In this document: piece by piece, positions 7,341-17,220 of the stretch
Layout: the number at the start of each line of letters is the position of its first letter
How positions within the stretch are numbered: position 1 is the first letter of the stretch
Origin: Armatimonadota bacterium
Lineage (GTDB): Bacteria; Armatimonadota; UBA5829; DTLH01
Direction: 5' to 3'
Length of the DNA stretch: 30,748 nucleotides
Assembly (NCBI GenBank): GCA_039680575.1
Contig: JBDKSP010000097.1
Location: forward strand, 1-30,748
Notes under the pieces: model-generated
Seen by the model: the letters and a program-made list of their open reading frames with translations, nothing else
Databases searched by the model: none
What the model was told of the DNA's origin: nothing
Translations under genes and position numbers: made by a program

Positions 7341-10300
7341 GTGGAGACGCCTAAGTTCGTCCATCTTCATACACACTCCGAGTTCAGCCTCCTCGACGGC
7401 GCCTGTCGAATCAAGGACATTGTAAAACAGGCCGTCGAGTTCGAGATGCCCACAGTCGCCCTTACCGACCACGGGAATATGTATGGAACTCTTGCTTTTT
7501 ACTCGGCCTGCAAGGGCGCCGGGATCAAACCGGTGCTCGGATGCGAGGTCTATGTAGCTCCACGCGCGCGCAACCAGAGAAACCCCAAGCTCGACGCGGA
7601 AAACTACCACCTGGTACTCCTCGCTAAAGACGAGTCAGGTTACAAAAACCTGCTGAAACTAGTAAGTATTGCATACACCGAAGGTTTTTACTATAAACCG
7701 AGAGTCGACAAAGAACTCCTTGCCGCCCACAGCGGTGGGTTGATCGCCCTTACCGCCTGTCTTGGCGGAGAGATACCGAAGCACCTTGCAAGAGGCAATT
7801 CGGAAAAAGCCGAAAAGTCCCTAAATGAGTACCTGGAGATATTCGGGCGGGACAACCTGTACCTGGAGATCCAGGACCACGGCCTGCCGGAGCAAAAGCC
7901 GGTAAACGATGCTGTGATAGAGATGGCATCGAAGTTCAACCTTCCGCTCGTGGCATCGAACGATATCCATTATCTCAGGCAAAAAGACGCCGAAGCGCAC
8001 GACGTGCTTCTCTGTATCCAGACCGGCACTACGATGGACGACCCCAAGAGGTTCCGGTTCGGGTCTCATGAGTTCTACATGAAGAGCGCGAAGCAGATGG
8101 AGCAGGTGTTCGGCCATGTGCCCGGCGCGCTCGAAAACACTCTTGAGGTAGCCGAGCGCTGCAATATCGATCTTGATTTCTCGCGGCTTCAGCTCCCAGA
8201 GGTGTTCATCCCCGAAGGGATGGACGACAGCGCCTACATGGAGCAGCTCGCTTGGGAGGGGCTCGAAAGAAAATGCCCTGGTGCCCCGCAGGATTACAAA
8301 GACCGGCTGCGTTATGAGATGGACACGATCAACAGCTGCGGGTTCCCCCGCTACATGCTGATCGTCCGAGAGTATGCGCGGTTCGCGCAGGACTCCAATA
8401 TCTACATGGGCGTCAGAGGTTCCGCTGCGGCGAGCCTTGTCTGCTACTGCCTGGGGATCACGGACTTCGATCCTATTGAGTTTACCCTCACCTTCGAGCG
8501 GTTCCTGAATGTCGAACGCGTTGAGATGCCTGATATCGATATGGACTTCCAGGACGACCGCCGTGAGGACGTCATCAAGTGGGTCACCGAGAAATACGGT
8601 GAGGACCACGTCGCGCAGATCGTCACATTCGGGACTCTTGCCGCCAGGATGGCCGTACGCGACTGCGGAAAAGCGCTCGGAGTCGATCCACAGCTCGCGG
8701 ATAAGATTTGTAAGCTCATTCCGACCATCCCAGTCGGGATAACCATCGAAAAAGCGCTTAAAGAGGTGCCGGAGCTTGCCGAGCTTTATGCGACCCCCGA
8801 GGCCAAAAGGCTCATCGACATGGCACAGCAGCTCGAAGGTATCTCCAGGCACTCAAGCGTCCATGCGGCAGGAGTCATCATCTCCCACGACCCGCTGACC
8901 GACCACGTCCCCGTTCTAAAAGGGGCGCGAGGAGAGATCGTTACCCAATACGATGCCGATGGGCTGAAAAAAGTCGGCTTGCTCAAGATGGACTTCCTGG
9001 GGCTCGCCAACCTGACGATCCTTGCAAGGTGCATCAAGAACATCAAGGAGACCAGAGGGGAAGATATCGACCTCCACAAGATCCCGTGGGATGACGAAAA
9101 GACCTACGAGATGCTCGGAAAGGGAGACACGACCGGCGTATTCCAGCTCGAAAGCGCCGGGATGCGGAAAAACATTCAGGACCTCAAGCCGAACTCCGTC
9201 AAGGAACTCGCGGCTATGGTCGCTCTCTACAGACCGGGACCGATGGCCTATATCCCGCAGTTCATCCGCTCCAAGTTCGGGCTGGAGCCGACTGTCTACC
9301 CGCACCCGTCGATGGAGCCGATCCTGAAGGAGACTTACGGAGTCATCGTCTATCAGGACCAGGTCCTTCACATCGTCCGGGCTATAGCGGGCTTCACACT
9401 CGGCCAGGCGGACATCTTCAGGCGGGTGATGAGCAAGAAAAAGAAGGAAGAGATGGCGAAGCAGAAGACATCCTTCCTCGCGGGCTCTAAGGCAAACGGG
9501 ATTTCCGAGAAAAAAGCGACCGAGATATTCAACCTCATCGAGCCGTTCGCCGGATATGCGTTCAACAAGGCACACGCCGTCTGCTACGCCCATGTAGCTT
9601 ATCAGACAGCATACCTGAAGGCCAATTATCCGATAGAATACTTCGCCGCGATGCTTGCGACCCATTTCGACAATAAAGATAAGGTCGCGCTGTACATCGA
9701 AGAGTGCCGGAGGCTCAAGATCGAGGTCCTTCCGCCGGATGTAAACGAGAGCGATGTGGATTTCTACGTCCAGAACGGGGCTATCCGGTTCGGGCTCGCT
9801 GCAATCAAGAACTGCGGCAAAGGCGTTGTGGAATCGATTATCGAGGCGAGAAACGCCGGGGGACGGTTCAAGTCACTCCAGGAGTTTTGCGAGAGAATCG
9901 CCGAGTTCGGGGTTGGAAAGAGCGCCATCGAGACTCTGATCCGCGCCGGAGCGCTTCTTTCCATAATACCCAGCAGAAAACTCGCGCTGCAGCGGTTGGA
10001 CAACGCGATGGGGAGGGCAGCAGCGATCCACCGCGACAAAATGAACGGCCAGGAAGCCCTCTTCGGCGGGATGTCCGAGCCGGTACAAGTCTCGAACGCT
10101 CCGGCGGAGGTGTACGGAGATGATATAGAAGAATTTTCCCGCGAAGAACTGCTTGCGATGGAAAAGGAGCTCTTGGGGCTGTACGTCTCCGACCATCCGC
10201 TAAAACGCTTCAGGGAACTCCTCGAAAACAAGGTTTCGATCACATCCGACCAGATTCAGGAGCTTGCCGATGAGAAGGAGTGCATAATAGGCGGGTTGAT

Positions 10301-10844
10301 AACCGATGTCCGCTACCATACGACGAAGAAGTCCGGGGACAGGATGGCTTTTATCAAGATCGAAGACCTGGCCGGACCTATTTCTGTAACGGTGTTCCCA
10401 TCTGTCTTCAAACAGTGCGAAAGCGAGCTTGTAGTCGACCAGGTAGTAATCATAAAGGGGAAAGCGAGCCACAGAGAGCGGTTGGGAAGATCGAACAACA
10501 GCGAAGACGAGAAGTCCTACCAGGTCGAGGTACTGGCAGAAAGTGTGACGAAACTGACGGATACTGTTATTACGCGCAAGGCTGAGCAGCAGGAGGAAGA
10601 ACCGGAGATCGAGATCATCAAGACATCGGCGATACACATCCGCCTTCAGCCCAAAATGAGGAAAACACTTCCCGGTTTAAAGACAGCGATGGGCGAGTAC
10701 CCCGGAGACTGTAAGGTCTACATACACATAGCCGATAACGGCAACTCGGCAAAGGTCCGTACGGATTGCCTTGTAACCCCCACCCCGCAGTTTATGGCAG
10801 CGATATGCAGCATAGTCGGCTCAAGCGCCGTGTGGACGGAGTAA
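7341..10844 (+). CDS. dnaE: DNA polymerase III alpha subunit
   Basis: PHP domain HLHTHSEFSLLDG and TDHG, GVRGSAAAS, catalytic MPDIDMD, FAGYAFNKAH, OB fold; GTG 7341 chosen because the ORF-track TTG lies in the -35 box. Confidence 0.97.
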   Translation: METPKFVHLHTHSEFSLLDGACRIKDIVKQAVEFEMPTVALTDHGNMYGTLAFYSACKGAGIKPVLGCEVYVAPRARNQRNPKLDAENYHLVLLAKDESGYKNLLKLVSIAYTEGFYYKPRVDKELLAAHSGGLIALTACLGGEIPKHLARGNSEKAEKSLNEYLEIFGRDNLYLEIQDHGLPEQKPVNDAVIEMASKFNLPLVASNDIHYLRQKDAEAHDVLLCIQTGTTMDDPKRFRFGSHEFYMKSAKQMEQVFGHVPGALENTLEVAERCNIDLDFSRLQLPEVFIPEGMDDSAYMEQLAWEGLERKCPGAPQDYKDRLRYEMDTINSCGFPRYMLIVREYARFAQDSNIYMGVRGSAAASLVCYCLGITDFDPIEFTLTFERFLNVERVEMPDIDMDFQDDRREDVIKWVTEKYGEDHVAQIVTFGTLAARMAVRDCGKALGVDPQLADKICKLIPTIPVGITIEKALKEVPELAELYATPEAKRLIDMAQQLEGISRHSSVHAAGVIISHDPLTDHVPVLKGARGEIVTQYDADGLKKVGLLKMDFLGLANLTILARCIKNIKETRGEDIDLHKIPWDDEKTYEMLGKGDTTGVFQLESAGMRKNIQDLKPNSVKELAAMVALYRPGPMAYIPQFIRSKFGLEPTVYPHPSMEPILKETYGVIVYQDQVLHIVRAIAGFTLGQADIFRRVMSKKKKEEMAKQKTSFLAGSKANGISEKKATEIFNLIEPFAGYAFNKAHAVCYAHVAYQTAYLKANYPIEYFAAMLATHFDNKDKVALYIEECRRLKIEVLPPDVNESDVDFYVQNGAIRFGLAAIKNCGKGVVESIIEARNAGGRFKSLQEFCERIAEFGVGKSAIETLIRAGALLSIIPSRKLALQRLDNAMGRAAAIHRDKMNGQEALFGGMSEPVQVSNAPAEVYGDDIEEFSREELLAMEKELLGLYVSDHPLKRFRELLENKVSITSDQIQELADEKECIIGGLITDVRYHTTKKSGDRMAFIKIEDLAGPISVTVFPSVFKQCESELVVDQVVIIKGKASHRERLGRSNNSEDEKSYQVEVLAESVTKLTDTVITRKAEQQEEEPEIEIIKTSAIHIRLQPKMRKTLPGLKTAMGEYPGDCKVYIHIADNGNSAKVRTDCLVTPTPQFMAAICSIVGSSAVWTE

Positions 10845-10887
10845 TTTTGAATCGCGGATGACACGAAAAGGTATTAGTGAAAGACAC
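10845..10887 (+). repeat. Truncated left end of the 130-bp element, directly after the dnaE stop
   Basis: ttttgaatcgcggatgacacgaaaaggtattagtgaaa. Confidence 0.65.
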
Positions 10888-10917
10888 ACAATCTGCTTGC
10901 GGTTACACAAATAAGCA

Positions 10918-10940
10918 CCCTCTCCCCTAGTGGGAGAGGG
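10918..10940. repeat. Palindrome family B (CCCTCTCCC..GGGAGAGGG); may serve as terminator between convergent genes
   Basis: ccctctccc-ctagt-gggagaggg; related copies at 21794 and 25168. Confidence 0.7.
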
Positions 10941-10962
10941 ATTTCCACCTACATCTTGAATC

Positions 10963-12201
10963 CTATATCTTTCTTCCACTGCTGAACCATCTTGCCACGC
11001 GCTGTATCGCCGACGCAGTCTCTTCCATGTCGCTTTCTGTGAACCCCTCATTGATTGAGAACATCACGCATGTATCCAGAATAGCTTCCGCACTGGGACA
11101 TAGGCCTTTACCATAGGTATAATCGGAATACGGATGGCTTGCATGATCGAATGCGCTGTGATCAATGAAAATCGGATACTCATACACGGGTCTGCCGATA
11201 TAGTGAGCGCCCATCCATACACCTTCGGCCTGTATCGCCTCGGCGAAGGTGTCCACATCGGTTTTTATGACATCCGGCACGATGCGGATCATATAGAACC
11301 ACCAAGACGGATTGCAGCCTTCGGTCGGCTTTGGTAGCGTAATACCTTCAACATCCTGAATTGACTCACTCAGGGCGTTGCACCATTTACGCCGCCGCTC
11401 CACGATGCTGTCCAGCTTGCCAAGCTGCGCCAGTGCCACTGCGGACTGGAGTTCCGTTATCCGGTAGTTGGCCGCGAGAAAAACTGGGTTCCGAACTGCC
11501 GCGCCGGCTTTCCGATTGTAGCCCTTGTCGGTTGCAAGCCGCAGCCTGTCCGCCGTTTTTTCATCATGTGTGAGTATGATTCCACCGTCACCGCAGGAGA
11601 TGTGCTTGAATTCGTTAAAGCTGAAGCATCCGGCACCCCCGAAAGTTCCGACCGGTTTGCCGTTATATGTGCAGCCGAACGCTTGGGCGCAGTCTTCGAT
11701 CAGGATAATGTTATGCTTTTTACAGACCTCAAGAAGTCCGTCGATGCCGCAAGCATTTCCCCACAGGTGAATTGCGAGTACCGCGCGGGTGTGAGGAGTG
11801 ATTACAGCCTCGACTGTCTCCGGAGTTATACAGTAAGACTCAGGATCGAGGTCGGCGAACACAGGTACGGCTCCCTGGAATAGTATCGGTGCTATGGAAC
11901 CCATATCGGTGATGGGCGAAGTTATGACTTCATCACCGGGAGAGATTCCAAGCGCCATCATAGCTGCATGGATAGATGCAGTGCCGCTGCTTGACGCGAC
12001 CGCGTAAGGCATGCCGTTTTTACGCGCGAACGTTTCCTCAAGCTGATGTGTTTTTCTGCCCTGTGCGTAGAATAGAGTCTGCTGGTCGAGAGCATCTTTC
12101 AGCTCTTTGAGTTCTTCTTCGCCGTAGCGTACTGCCCTTGTAAACGGCGTCTTTTTTACTGGTGTTCCTCCCGCGATTGCGGGTCTTTCGTCGATTGCCA
12201 T
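10963..12201 (-). CDS. DegT/DnrJ/EryC1/StrS family PLP-dependent sugar aminotransferase
   Basis: SSGTAS, PGDEVI, IEDCAQA, FSFNEFKH (PLP lysine), GDGG; GAGGT SD before ATG 12201. Confidence 0.93.
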   Translation of the reverse strand: MAIDERPAIAGGTPVKKTPFTRAVRYGEEELKELKDALDQQTLFYAQGRKTHQLEETFARKNGMPYAVASSSGTASIHAAMMALGISPGDEVITSPITDMGSIAPILFQGAVPVFADLDPESYCITPETVEAVITPHTRAVLAIHLWGNACGIDGLLEVCKKHNIILIEDCAQAFGCTYNGKPVGTFGGAGCFSFNEFKHISCGDGGIILTHDEKTADRLRLATDKGYNRKAGAAVRNPVFLAANYRITELQSAVALAQLGKLDSIVERRRKWCNALSESIQDVEGITLPKPTEGCNPSWWFYMIRIVPDVIKTDVDTFAEAIQAEGVWMGAHYIGRPVYEYPIFIDHSAFDHASHPYSDYTYGKGLCPSAEAILDTCVMFSINEGFTESDMEETASAIQRVARWFSSGRKI

Positions 12202-12292
12202 GCTATACCTCAAATATCAATAGATTCTTTTTTATCACGAAAGGGAGAAAGGAAGAAAAGAAACAATGAATGTCGTACTTTCGAGTAGAAGA

Positions 12293-14059
12293 CTATCCTC
12301 CACACTCGAAGCTGAGCTCGGAGTCTGCCTCGATGTTTGTCACTACTGATTTAAACTTAAACCCCCACCGTTCAACACTGATGGAGTTCATTTCCGTACC
12401 GTTCAGCCTAATCTTTTTGCCCGGTTCTAGCCAGAGGAGTGTTGCATCCGTGAGCTCTATGCCGGATTTCAGCTTCACAATTGCATTCTTGTCCGTAGAT
12501 GAATAAGCTGTCCAACTAGCAGCTCTTCGCGCCTTCATCCAGTCTGCTATCCGGCGCGAAGTCCACCATTCGAGTCCTGCATCCTCACCTTTTTTCACCG
12601 TCTCAACAATCGCCTCCGGTATTCCTGGTTCGGTGATATGCGCGGGATGATACAGGAAGTGCGCAATGCCGAAATGCTTTATTGCAGCCTTTACGAGCGG
12701 GATGGCAAGTTCTTTCGGCGCGAATACCAGAAGGTCCTGCGTGAGAGTCGGCAATTCTATCATATTAATGATCCTGCCATCTCGTGTTATAGGCCGGTAC
12801 GGGGTCATCGTGCCGAAGTTGAACCCGGCTTCGCCGGTCTTGGAAGCACCCTTGGACTCGTCCATCATGATGCCGCGCTTCTCGCACCACTCGAAGAACT
12901 CAGTGTCGCCTTCCCAGCGCAGGTAGTGGTTCTTGTTCGTAGTGGGAGCCGTCCCGAAAAGCTCCGTAAGCTCTTTGAAATGATTGTCGAACTCTTCTTC
13001 AGAGAAGCTGGTCCCAGGTGACATGGAATCGAAATGCATCGCAAGCTCATGCCCCGCCTGTCTGATGGCATTCAGTATTTCCTTTGGGTATCCCGGCACA
13101 TGCACGCACCAGGTCGAGTTTACGCCTGCTTTAGCTACCACATCGAGCAATGCGCGCGCACAGGCGGGATCATTGCCATCGCTGTCGTGAGACAAGTGAC
13201 CGAGTGCCCGCAGGTTCTTTGGATAAAGCCAGAGGACCGGCAGCTTTACACCCTGCTCGGATGCAAGATAGAAGATGGCTCGAAGCAGCAGTTCACGCCA
13301 CTGGTCAGCAACAGGCTGGAGGAATGTCCTGAATCCCGGCACGCCTTCCACTGGTTGGCGGTCGAAAATCCAGTCGAGCTGCTGGCCGTCGTCGCTTTTC
13401 AGCACTGAATCGCAAACCGGGCTGGTACCGTCCGGCGCAGGAATGCCATCTCGGCTGACACCGACTCCCTGTTGAATCCGGACTACACTTCCGGTCACAT
13501 CGGGGGCGATAAGGACGCATTTTCCATCGCCGGCCTTGATCTCGGCTAATGCGGCCCTTCCGGTAGGCTGCTGGTGAGCATTTATAGCTTCCGCAAGCAC
13601 TTCTGCGCCTTTTGCCATCACGGGGATGCCGTTAAAATAGTGGAGCGGGATCTCAAGATGGCTCAAGATCGGATGCTCCGCTGATTCTGGTTTCAGGTAG
13701 CCTTCTCCGAGAGTGCTCAGACTTCCTCCCCAGGAGGAATATGCCGGTTGTTCAGCTTCCACACCCAAAAGGTTTTCCATTCCGCAGACGCCGCCCACAG
13801 CAAGCCATGCCCCACCCGCTTTGACCCAGCTTTCCAGTGAGGATTTCAGCTCATCGGGGAGCTTGCCTTCGCCAACTGTCATCAAAACGCCGATTCTGTC
13901 CAGTCGGTCGGCAAGTTCCTCTTTCTTAACCTGGGTATAGCAGACGCCGGAATGGTCGAGAATCTCGAGCATGTAACTGGGATAGCTCACGGTCCTGGAC
14001 ATGTTCGGATCAGGCTCGTCGAGAACGTATACAGCAAGTGGGATTGAGATATTTCTCAT
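12293..14059 (-). CDS. Hypothetical enzyme: class I GATase-like N-terminal region plus polysaccharide deacetylase-like (NodB/CE4) domain
   Basis: SWVKAGGAWLAVGG; LSHDSD, GHELAMH, KNHYLRW, IELP and LYHP motifs; GAAGGA SD before ATG 14059. Confidence 0.7.
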   Translation of the reverse strand: MRNISIPLAVYVLDEPDPNMSRTVSYPSYMLEILDHSGVCYTQVKKEELADRLDRIGVLMTVGEGKLPDELKSSLESWVKAGGAWLAVGGVCGMENLLGVEAEQPAYSSWGGSLSTLGEGYLKPESAEHPILSHLEIPLHYFNGIPVMAKGAEVLAEAINAHQQPTGRAALAEIKAGDGKCVLIAPDVTGSVVRIQQGVGVSRDGIPAPDGTSPVCDSVLKSDDGQQLDWIFDRQPVEGVPGFRTFLQPVADQWRELLLRAIFYLASEQGVKLPVLWLYPKNLRALGHLSHDSDGNDPACARALLDVVAKAGVNSTWCVHVPGYPKEILNAIRQAGHELAMHFDSMSPGTSFSEEEFDNHFKELTELFGTAPTTNKNHYLRWEGDTEFFEWCEKRGIMMDESKGASKTGEAGFNFGTMTPYRPITRDGRIINMIELPTLTQDLLVFAPKELAIPLVKAAIKHFGIAHFLYHPAHITEPGIPEAIVETVKKGEDAGLEWWTSRRIADWMKARRAASWTAYSSTDKNAIVKLKSGIELTDATLLWLEPGKKIRLNGTEMNSISVERWGFKFKSVVTNIEADSELSFECGG

Positions 14060-14072
14060 TTTACGTTTCCTT

Positions 14073-15938
14073 CTACTGCGCTTTAAACGCGTATATATCC
14101 ACTCCGCAGGAGAAGTAGATAGTACCGTCGGGGCCGGTGGTGACATTCGTCACCTTATCGGGCGCTTCTGCGATTTCCGTAACTTTTCCGGTCTTGAGGT
14201 CCATAAGAAGCAGCTTTTTATTGCTTGAATAATACAGCCTGCCGTTTCCGGGAACTGATGTAGAGCAGCAATCGATAACAGGCGCATCGTCAGCTATCTT
14301 ATCGCTGAAACTCATCTTCTCGACATCGAACAGCATCAAATGCCGCGCAGCCGAGACTACGACCTGTTTGGTCGCAGGATCGTAACCGTGTATTCCGACA
14401 GTACCGGTATTCGGGAACTGCTGCTCGAAGACAGCCTTTTGGGTTTTCGGGTCTATCACACCGAACCTGGTCGGAATCTTCTGATCGGGAAGGCCATTCC
14501 CGGATGCTGTAGTTGAAGCATAGATATAACGCCCATCCGTCGTGATACCGGCGATGCACTGCTTTCCGAGCGGGTCTTCTATCAGTTCAGTTTCGCCGGT
14601 ATCGGGGTCGGTTATGGAGACAGCGCCGCCGTATTCCCCGTATTTTGCCCACCATCCGCTGTAAAGCTTGCCGTCAGGTCCGGCCACCACTCCAGCCGCC
14701 GGACGGATGTAGCCTTTCGAGTGTATAGATGCGATAGTTTGCGGGTTTTTATTGCCCAACTGGTCCCACGGTTTTGACGGGTCGTACCGGACAACATCTC
14801 CAGCAACGTAAGACACTGCGAATATTCTATCTTTATAGAAGTCCACATCGTATACTTCCCCGCCCGCGTCGCACACCTTGCTTGTATTCGCATATTCTCT
14901 GGTCTTCGGGTCCAGCCAGAAGATAGTCTGTCCGAAGTGCGGGCCGCCCCAGAGCTTACCGGACGGGTCGGCCTTAAGGAAGAATGTCGGTCTCGGTGCG
15001 GACTCTACCGGTATAGTATTGAGATCAAGTGTCTCGGTCCCCGGTTTAATTATGAAGTAGTCCTGTCCGCGTACACCGAGTATACTGCCGTCTTTCGTAC
15101 AGCCGAGCATATTGCTTCCACGCAGGTCCACACTGGTCATATAGGTCAGTTCTCGATCACCCTGTTTGTAACGGTAAATCGTATTCTCCTGTTTGATGAA
15201 GAGCCACTTATCCGTGGAGATGCTCGCAAACAGGTTCCATTCTCCTTTGTCCCCGGGCGAAGCAGGGAACGGCCAGTCTACTTTTGCGAGCGTTCTTCCG
15301 TCGCAGGCTATCGATCCAGTTATAAAGTAACCATCCCAGGAAAGACCGCTTTGCACTTCCGCCAGATGCTCTGGAACAGGTTCAAACTTCCTGGTCTGCG
15401 GGTCGAAGACCATCGTGGTCGGTCTTTCCGTAAAGAAATAACACAGGATTCTACCGTCCGGAAGTGATGAAACATGGCGCAGATAGATGTTGGGTGGGGC
15501 AGGGGCGCCGCAGTCCTCGATCTCATAGGTGTTCAGATCGAGCGCGCCGAGTTTTCCGCTGCCGTAACTCCCGCCGTATACCCGGCCGTCATTTCCAAGG
15601 GCCAAATCCCAGATGTACGCCTCGCCCGGAAAATGGGCGGCCTTGATGAACTCCATTTTCTTGAGGTCGAAGACCATAAACATACCGTCGAAGTATGTCC
15701 CGACTACCAGCCGGTCGCCAGGAACCTCCAGAAGCCCCCATGCGCCCGATCCTGCCGGTGCCTTGTATGCCCGTCCGGTATTCGCTTCGATATCGATGAA
15801 GAGCAGGTGGACTCCCGCATCTTCATTGGTATCGGTCAGCACAAGCTCTTCATGTCCAGTCGTCCGGTTTACTACCACCCGGCCTGCCAACACGTTTTTA
15901 GCCCGACATGGTTGTCCAATATGTACAATTTTTTTCAT
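14073..15938 (-). CDS. Beta-propeller repeat protein without signal peptide (621 aa)
   Basis: Repeated GxDGxxY-like blades (GNDGRVYGG, PSGKLWGG, GPDGKLYSG, GPDGTIYF) and xDPxT turns. Confidence 0.75.
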   Translation of the reverse strand: MKKIVHIGQPCRAKNVLAGRVVVNRTTGHEELVLTDTNEDAGVHLLFIDIEANTGRAYKAPAGSGAWGLLEVPGDRLVVGTYFDGMFMVFDLKKMEFIKAAHFPGEAYIWDLALGNDGRVYGGSYGSGKLGALDLNTYEIEDCGAPAPPNIYLRHVSSLPDGRILCYFFTERPTTMVFDPQTRKFEPVPEHLAEVQSGLSWDGYFITGSIACDGRTLAKVDWPFPASPGDKGEWNLFASISTDKWLFIKQENTIYRYKQGDRELTYMTSVDLRGSNMLGCTKDGSILGVRGQDYFIIKPGTETLDLNTIPVESAPRPTFFLKADPSGKLWGGPHFGQTIFWLDPKTREYANTSKVCDAGGEVYDVDFYKDRIFAVSYVAGDVVRYDPSKPWDQLGNKNPQTIASIHSKGYIRPAAGVVAGPDGKLYSGWWAKYGEYGGAVSITDPDTGETELIEDPLGKQCIAGITTDGRYIYASTTASGNGLPDQKIPTRFGVIDPKTQKAVFEQQFPNTGTVGIHGYDPATKQVVVSAARHLMLFDVEKMSFSDKIADDAPVIDCCSTSVPGNGRLYYSSNKKLLLMDLKTGKVTEIAEAPDKVTNVTTGPDGTIYFSCGVDIYAFKAQ

Positions 15939-15957
15939 TTATTGATTCCTCAATATC

Positions 15958-16761
15958 TCATGAGAGCGCTGAAAGGAAGTCGTAAAGGTCGAATACGAAA
16001 CCGAACTCGAGCGCCACTCGCCATAGTGCTATTTGTTTGCAAATCTCTTCCCTCGCCGTTTCTTTGTTTTCCACCGCCGTAACAGCCTGACGTATAGCCG
16101 AGCACATAATCCCCTTTCGGCTCATGTCCGCCATGCCCCCTGGCGAAAGAAGGAGGCACCAGTTGATTGCAAACCCGGTATAGATCAGGTGGTTGATACC
16201 GTGTGCCTTGCAGATAGCGAATAACTGATGGCTATTCTCCGCAATATATTCGTTATCCAGTGGTCTGGCTTCGGGAGGGAAACCCATCTCGGCAAAACCA
16301 CGGTTTACATCCGCGTCATTATGTTCGCCGACGAACACATTTTTCTCACGGAACTTCCAAAGCTGCCTGGTGACCGGATCGACCTCTATCTTCGCGGGCT
16401 GTTCAGGCTCCGGTCCGGCGAGTTCAACGGTTTTCAAGTATGCGGGTAAGTTTTGGTAGTAGCTGCCACTTACGACGTGGATCAGCCGCATATTAGAGTT
16501 ACGCACGGCTTCTAATAATGTGGGAAATATTGTTTTGTAGATTTCTGAAGCTCTTGGGATATACTCAACGGCCCGATGCCAGCCTGGGTACTCTTCGCGG
16601 GAGCCCATATCCCATGCATGCATCACTATAAGGGCTGTATGTTTCGTCGAAACGTCAATTTCTGCCTTTTTCCATCCACCATAGCCCTCACCGGGGACAT
16701 CCAGGTTGAAATCGGCGTCGAACTGCTGATAATAATCGGCTCTGATCTTTATCAAATCCAT
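15958..16761 (-). CDS. Isochorismatase-like cysteine hydrolase superfamily protein
   Basis: TALIVMHAWD, GINHLIYTGFAINWC (nucleophile Cys), IRQAVTA. Confidence 0.75.
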   Translation of the reverse strand: MDLIKIRADYYQQFDADFNLDVPGEGYGGWKKAEIDVSTKHTALIVMHAWDMGSREEYPGWHRAVEYIPRASEIYKTIFPTLLEAVRNSNMRLIHVVSGSYYQNLPAYLKTVELAGPEPEQPAKIEVDPVTRQLWKFREKNVFVGEHNDADVNRGFAEMGFPPEARPLDNEYIAENSHQLFAICKAHGINHLIYTGFAINWCLLLSPGGMADMSRKGIMCSAIRQAVTAVENKETAREEICKQIALWRVALEFGFVFDLYDFLSALS

Positions 16762-16827
16762 TGAAGTGTACCTGAAACCTTTCCGACGTCTTCTTCTATC
16801 CGGCAGACCGGTTATCCTCTAGTACAT

Positions 16828-16860
16828 AAAAAAAAGCCCATCCGCGATATGCGGACAGGC
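16828..16860 (-). terminator. Intrinsic terminator
   Basis: gcctgtccgc-atatc-gcggatgggc followed by T8 on the minus strand. Confidence 0.85.
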
Positions 16861-16893
16861 CAGTTCTCCCTAAATTCGATACTTTGTTCCATG

Positions 16894-17064
16894 TCAGGCG
16901 GCTTTCTTTGGCCGCTTTTCAGGCTTCTGCAATGGTTCATTCAACTGGTCAGTAAGTGCAGCAGGCTTGGCAGCCGTATTCGTGCACTTCTGGCAAACCC
17001 AGGTCGCCAGATCCTTCAGGTGCTCAGGTACGTTGTCTATAGAATTTCCACATCTGCATCGCAT
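16894..17064 (-). CDS. 56-aa small Cys4 (zinc-ribbon-like) protein, not in the ORF track
   Basis: MRCRCGNSIDNVPEHLKDLATWVCQKCTNTAAKPAALTDQLNEPLQKPEKRPKKAA; SD AAAGGTGA; downstream terminator. Confidence 0.85.
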   Translation of the reverse strand: MRCRCGNSIDNVPEHLKDLATWVCQKCTNTAAKPAALTDQLNEPLQKPEKRPKKAA

Positions 17065-17220
17065 CGCCTTCACCTTTCTAATCCGCTTCAGCCTCCGTTC
17101 CGGCCTATCGTGAGACCGGCGTTAAGCGGAACCCAATCACAAGAGTAGCAGCGTGCCCACTAGATTATGCCTCATTGCAGGCGGTACTTAATATACGCCT
17201 TGATGTATATGATTGTTCCT

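Noticed and set aside
7341..10844. Intein in DnaE or NrdJ
   Set aside because: Lengths are normal, motifs are contiguous, and no splicing motifs were seen
14060..14146. N-terminal extension of the deacetylase-like ORF
   Set aside because: It overlaps the upstream gene, and the SD supports ATG 14059
17140..17165. c-di-GMP-II riboswitch (GTGGGCAC on the minus strand)
   Set aside because: The remaining conserved elements are absent
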